From assembly GCA_037481795.1 (NCBI GenBank), contig JBBFLA010000013.1:3902-67901 (forward strand): a stretch of DNA of 64,000 nucleotides, read 5' to 3'. A program made the position numbers and the translations under genes. The DNA is from Spirochaetota bacterium (GTDB taxonomy: Bacteria; Spirochaetota; UBA4802; UB4802). Shown piece by piece: positions 61,457 through 64,000 of this stretch (positions are counted from its first letter, which is position 1; the number at the start of each line of letters is the position of its first letter). Below the pieces are notes generated by a model. That model saw nothing but the letters and a program-made list of their open reading frames with translations, made no database searches and was not told the origin of the DNA.

Positions 61457-61972
61457 TTACAGTGCACCCTTTTTCAATGAAATATTTTTTTGGATTATGG
61501 AGTAACCAGGTAATGCTAAACAATGGCATAATGCAATGGCAAGGGCATCAAATGCATCATCATACTGTATGATTTCAGGAGCCTTTAATATTTTTTTTAC
61601 CATGACTGCAAGTTGATCTTTTGATGAACGCCCATAACCCGTTATTGATTGCTTTATCTGCACAGGTGTATATTCAACATACGGTATATTGTGCTGAGCC
61701 AGCAATAATTTTATCACACCAATAACCTGTGCAACGGGAATCGCTGTTTTAACATTCTTATTGAAAAACAATTTTTCAACTCCACAGGATACGGGGTTAT
61801 ATTTTTGTATAATATCTGATAGTGAAGTGTATACACCTAACAAACGATTTTCATCAGTGGGCTTTGTTTCAATAATACCACAATCTATATAAGAGAAAGC
61901 ATCATTAATGATAGCCCAACCGCAACGCCCATATCCTGGATCAATGCCAAGTAAATAAGCCACAAAAATCAA
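61457..61972 (-). CDS. ruvC: Holliday junction resolvase RuvC
   Basis: LGIDPGYGRCGWAI RNase H-fold start. Conserved DAFDALAIALCH at the C-terminus. Confidence 0.9.
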   Translation of the reverse strand: MIFVAYLLGIDPGYGRCGWAIINDAFSYIDCGIIETKPTDENRLLGVYTSLSDIIQKYNPVSCGVEKLFFNKNVKTAIPVAQVIGVIKLLLAQHNIPYVEYTPVQIKQSITGYGRSSKDQLAVMVKKILKAPEIIQYDDAFDALAIALCHCLALPGYSIIQKNISLKKGAL

Positions 61973-62715
61973 CTCATATTGTTAATAATATCATCAGGGA
62001 TATCAAAATTAGCATGGACACTCTGAACATCATCATGATCTTCCAGTGCTTCAATGAGTCTAAGACATTGCGAAGCTTTTTGCCCTTCTAAATGTACTGT
62101 TGTCTGGGGAACATAAGTAATCTCGCTGTTCAGAGTTGGCAAATTATTTGAACGGATAACTTCTAAAATATCGTTAAACTTTTCAGGGGCAGTGTAAACA
62201 ACAATTGTATTATCTTCTGTTTTAATATCCTCAACATCATAATCAAGTAAAATTTCCATGACTTTGTCTTCGGTTGTTGCGTTAGCATCAATGTTTATAA
62301 CTCCTTTTTTATCAAAAAGGTATGCAACACATCCTGTTTCACCAAGATTCCCGCCATTTTTGGAAAAAATAGTGCGTATTTCAGGAGTAGTTCGGTTTTT
62401 ATTATCAGTCATACACTCAACCATTATAGCCACTCCACCGGGTCCATACCCTTCATAACGGACTTCTTCATATGTTGAGCCTTCAAGAGCACCCGTACCT
62501 TTTTTTATTGCTCGTTCAATGTTATCCATTGGCATATTGTTTTCACGAGCTTTTAATACTGCGGTGCGCAATCTGGGATTACTGTTCAGATCATCGCCGC
62601 CAACCCGTGCTGCAACAGTGATTTCGCGTATGAGCTTGGTAAATATTTTTCCCTTTTTAGCATCCTGTGCTGCTTTCCTGTGCTTTATGTTTGCCCATTT
62701 AGAATGTCCTGACAT
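61969..62715 (-). CDS. yebC: YebC/PmpR-family transcriptional regulator
   Basis: MSGHSKWANIKHRKAAQDAKKGKIFTK is the invariant YebC N-terminus. 248 aa. 4-nt overlap with ruvC. Confidence 0.9.
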   Translation of the reverse strand: MSGHSKWANIKHRKAAQDAKKGKIFTKLIREITVAARVGGDDLNSNPRLRTAVLKARENNMPMDNIERAIKKGTGALEGSTYEEVRYEGYGPGGVAIMVECMTDNKNRTTPEIRTIFSKNGGNLGETGCVAYLFDKKGVINIDANATTEDKVMEILLDYDVEDIKTEDNTIVVYTAPEKFNDILEVIRSNNLPTLNSEITYVPQTTVHLEGQKASQCLRLIEALEDHDDVQSVHANFDIPDDIINNMS

Positions 62716-62836
62716 GTTCTATTCTCCTCATTGTACAAGTTTTCAGATAGTATTGCAAAATAAAAACGAATGGTAGAATTATGACTAATTTTGTCATTAA
62801 TAAAATAATCACAAAATCTGTGTAAAAATAATTTTT

Positions 62837-64000
62837 TCAATAACCACGTGAAATTTTCAACTGTATTTTTTCAATTTTTTTTGAGGATTCACGGATTTTT
62901 GTACCTGAAGCAATAGCTCTATTATACCAGTCTATTGCCTGCTGGTATTGCATGATATTTTCATACGTTGAAGCAATTTTGAAGTACAGTTCACCTACGG
63001 TAAGTTTGCTATATTCATGCTCAAGGTGGCGCAATTCTAACTCACTATTTCCTAATTCATCCATAAGAGACTGGTATTCGGGATAGAGTGATATATCCTT
63101 TTTATCAAGTAGTGTAGACTTGATAGTGTTAATTTTGATTTTGATCCCTTCAATACTATTTTTTTTATCTTCTATGGATTTTTGTAATCTCTCAGAAATT
63201 TGTATGGCCTCAAGATAGTGGTTAAGACTTTCGGTGTAATTTAAATCCATACTGTTTATATCACCAATTATAGCATGTGATATTCCTTTCCTTATCAGAT
63301 CACTTTCGCCATAAAGTGACAGCCCTTTTGATAGTGAGGTATATGCCAATTTCATGTCTGAAATTTTAGTATAAGCTAAATAACCAAGAGCAAATTGTAT
63401 AGCGGCATCATCAGGGTGGGTATTGAGATATAATTGGTAATGCCGTCCCGCGTTTATAAAGTCACCAATTGATTCATAGCAGTTTGCAGCAGTTAAATAA
63501 AGTTCAGGAGGGGTATCATTGCCTTTTGACTGAATATATCGGTTAAGGTGAAAAAGTGCTTTTTTCTTGTTTTTCCCGGAAGCAAGAGCCAGAGCTAATT
63601 CTAGTGAATACTCATAATTATCAGGTTTAATTTCATATGCTTCTTCTAAATATGTCAGATATGCGTCAGGTTTATTAAGGCGTTTAAAAAGGAGTGCAAG
63701 GGAATAGAAGATTGTATGGTCTTTTTCACTAATGGTGGTAAACCGTAAGGCTTGAAAGTAATGCTGTACTGCTTCTTTATATTTAAACATAGCATGATAG
63801 CAAAGGGCAGCATTTAAATGTAATGTATAAAGAGTATCATTATTTTCTATAAAATATGGTTGCAATTTTCTATCGGTAAAAAGTTTTTTCAGGTCTATGC
63901 CTTCTTCTATTTTTCCAATTGCAATGTATGAGTCAGGAATCTTTTTATCAATACTCCTTTTAGAATAGATTTCATCCAATTGCAATTGTATTATCTGCAA
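62837..64000 (-). CDS. TPR-repeat protein, C-terminal part (ORF continues beyond window end)
   Basis: Multiple 34-aa Tyr/Ala/Leu-spaced helical repeats (AALCYHAMFKYKEAVQHYFQAL..., ANCYESIGDFINAGRHYQLYL...). No start codon in the window. Confidence 0.6.
   Translation of the reverse strand: MQIIQLQLDEIYSKRSIDKKIPDSYIAIGKIEEGIDLKKLFTDRKLQPYFIENNDTLYTLHLNAALCYHAMFKYKEAVQHYFQALRFTTISEKDHTIFYSLALLFKRLNKPDAYLTYLEEAYEIKPDNYEYSLELALALASGKNKKKALFHLNRYIQSKGNDTPPELYLTAANCYESIGDFINAGRHYQLYLNTHPDDAAIQFALGYLAYTKISDMKLAYTSLSKGLSLYGESDLIRKGISHAIIGDINSMDLNYTESLNHYLEAIQISERLQKSIEDKKNSIEGIKIKINTIKSTLLDKKDISLYPEYQSLMDELGNSELELRHLEHEYSKLTVGELYFKIASTYENIMQYQQAIDWYNRAIASGTKIRESSKKIEKIQLKISRGY

Overview
This ~64 kb window is a chromosomal segment spanning the replication origin of an AT-rich bacterium. 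GC is roughly one third by eye; proteins are N/I/K/Y-rich, and most genes carry Shine-Dalgarno-type RBSs. The conserved block gyrA-gyrB-(DUF721/DciA-like)-recF-dnaN-dnaA lies on the minus strand at 10.9-19.8 kb. DnaA-box clusters sit both upstream of dnaA and in the dnaA-dnaN spacer, so the origin looks bipartite. mnmG and rsmG follow on the other side.

The rest is mixed housekeeping and accessory content. Housekeeping genes include manC-like, hisD, coaE, pyrF, ruvA, ruvC and yebC. Accessory content includes a complete 14-gene Mrp-Mbh-type group-4 membrane-bound [NiFe] hydrogenase cluster (49.4-57.7 kb) with a YkgJ-type Cys-cluster gene upstream. A ThiS/MoaD-like GG-terminal ORF and a TtcA-like PP-loop tRNA thiolase lie immediately downstream of that cluster, and a hypA-mogA mini-operon sits 16 kb away. 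There is a compact vWA-TM-FHA / B12-binding radical SAM / small DPPY methyltransferase module (34.1-37.9 kb). An orphan TaqI/Eco57I-like N6-adenine methyltransferase has no endonuclease partner. A 1876-aa secreted protein has calcium-binding Asp-rich repeats and a C-terminal beta-barrel signature, and sits next to an M23 peptidase. There are several response regulators fused to PP2C or GGDEF outputs, an ECF-like sigma factor next to a 7TM-PP2C phosphatase, and a CheY-cNMP-binding-PadR group.

A 1.15 kb ORF-free spacer splits mnmG from rsmG. It is bracketed by two copies of a near-identical 16-18 bp CACGTG-centred palindrome, one of them inside rsmG.

I found no rRNA, tRNA, CRISPR array, transposase or phage genes. 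Gene content (PP2C/GGDEF regulators, TPR lipoproteins, origin gene order) is spirochaete-like or FCB-like, but phylum assignment is inference only. All functional calls come from motif-level reading of the supplied translations. No database search was run.
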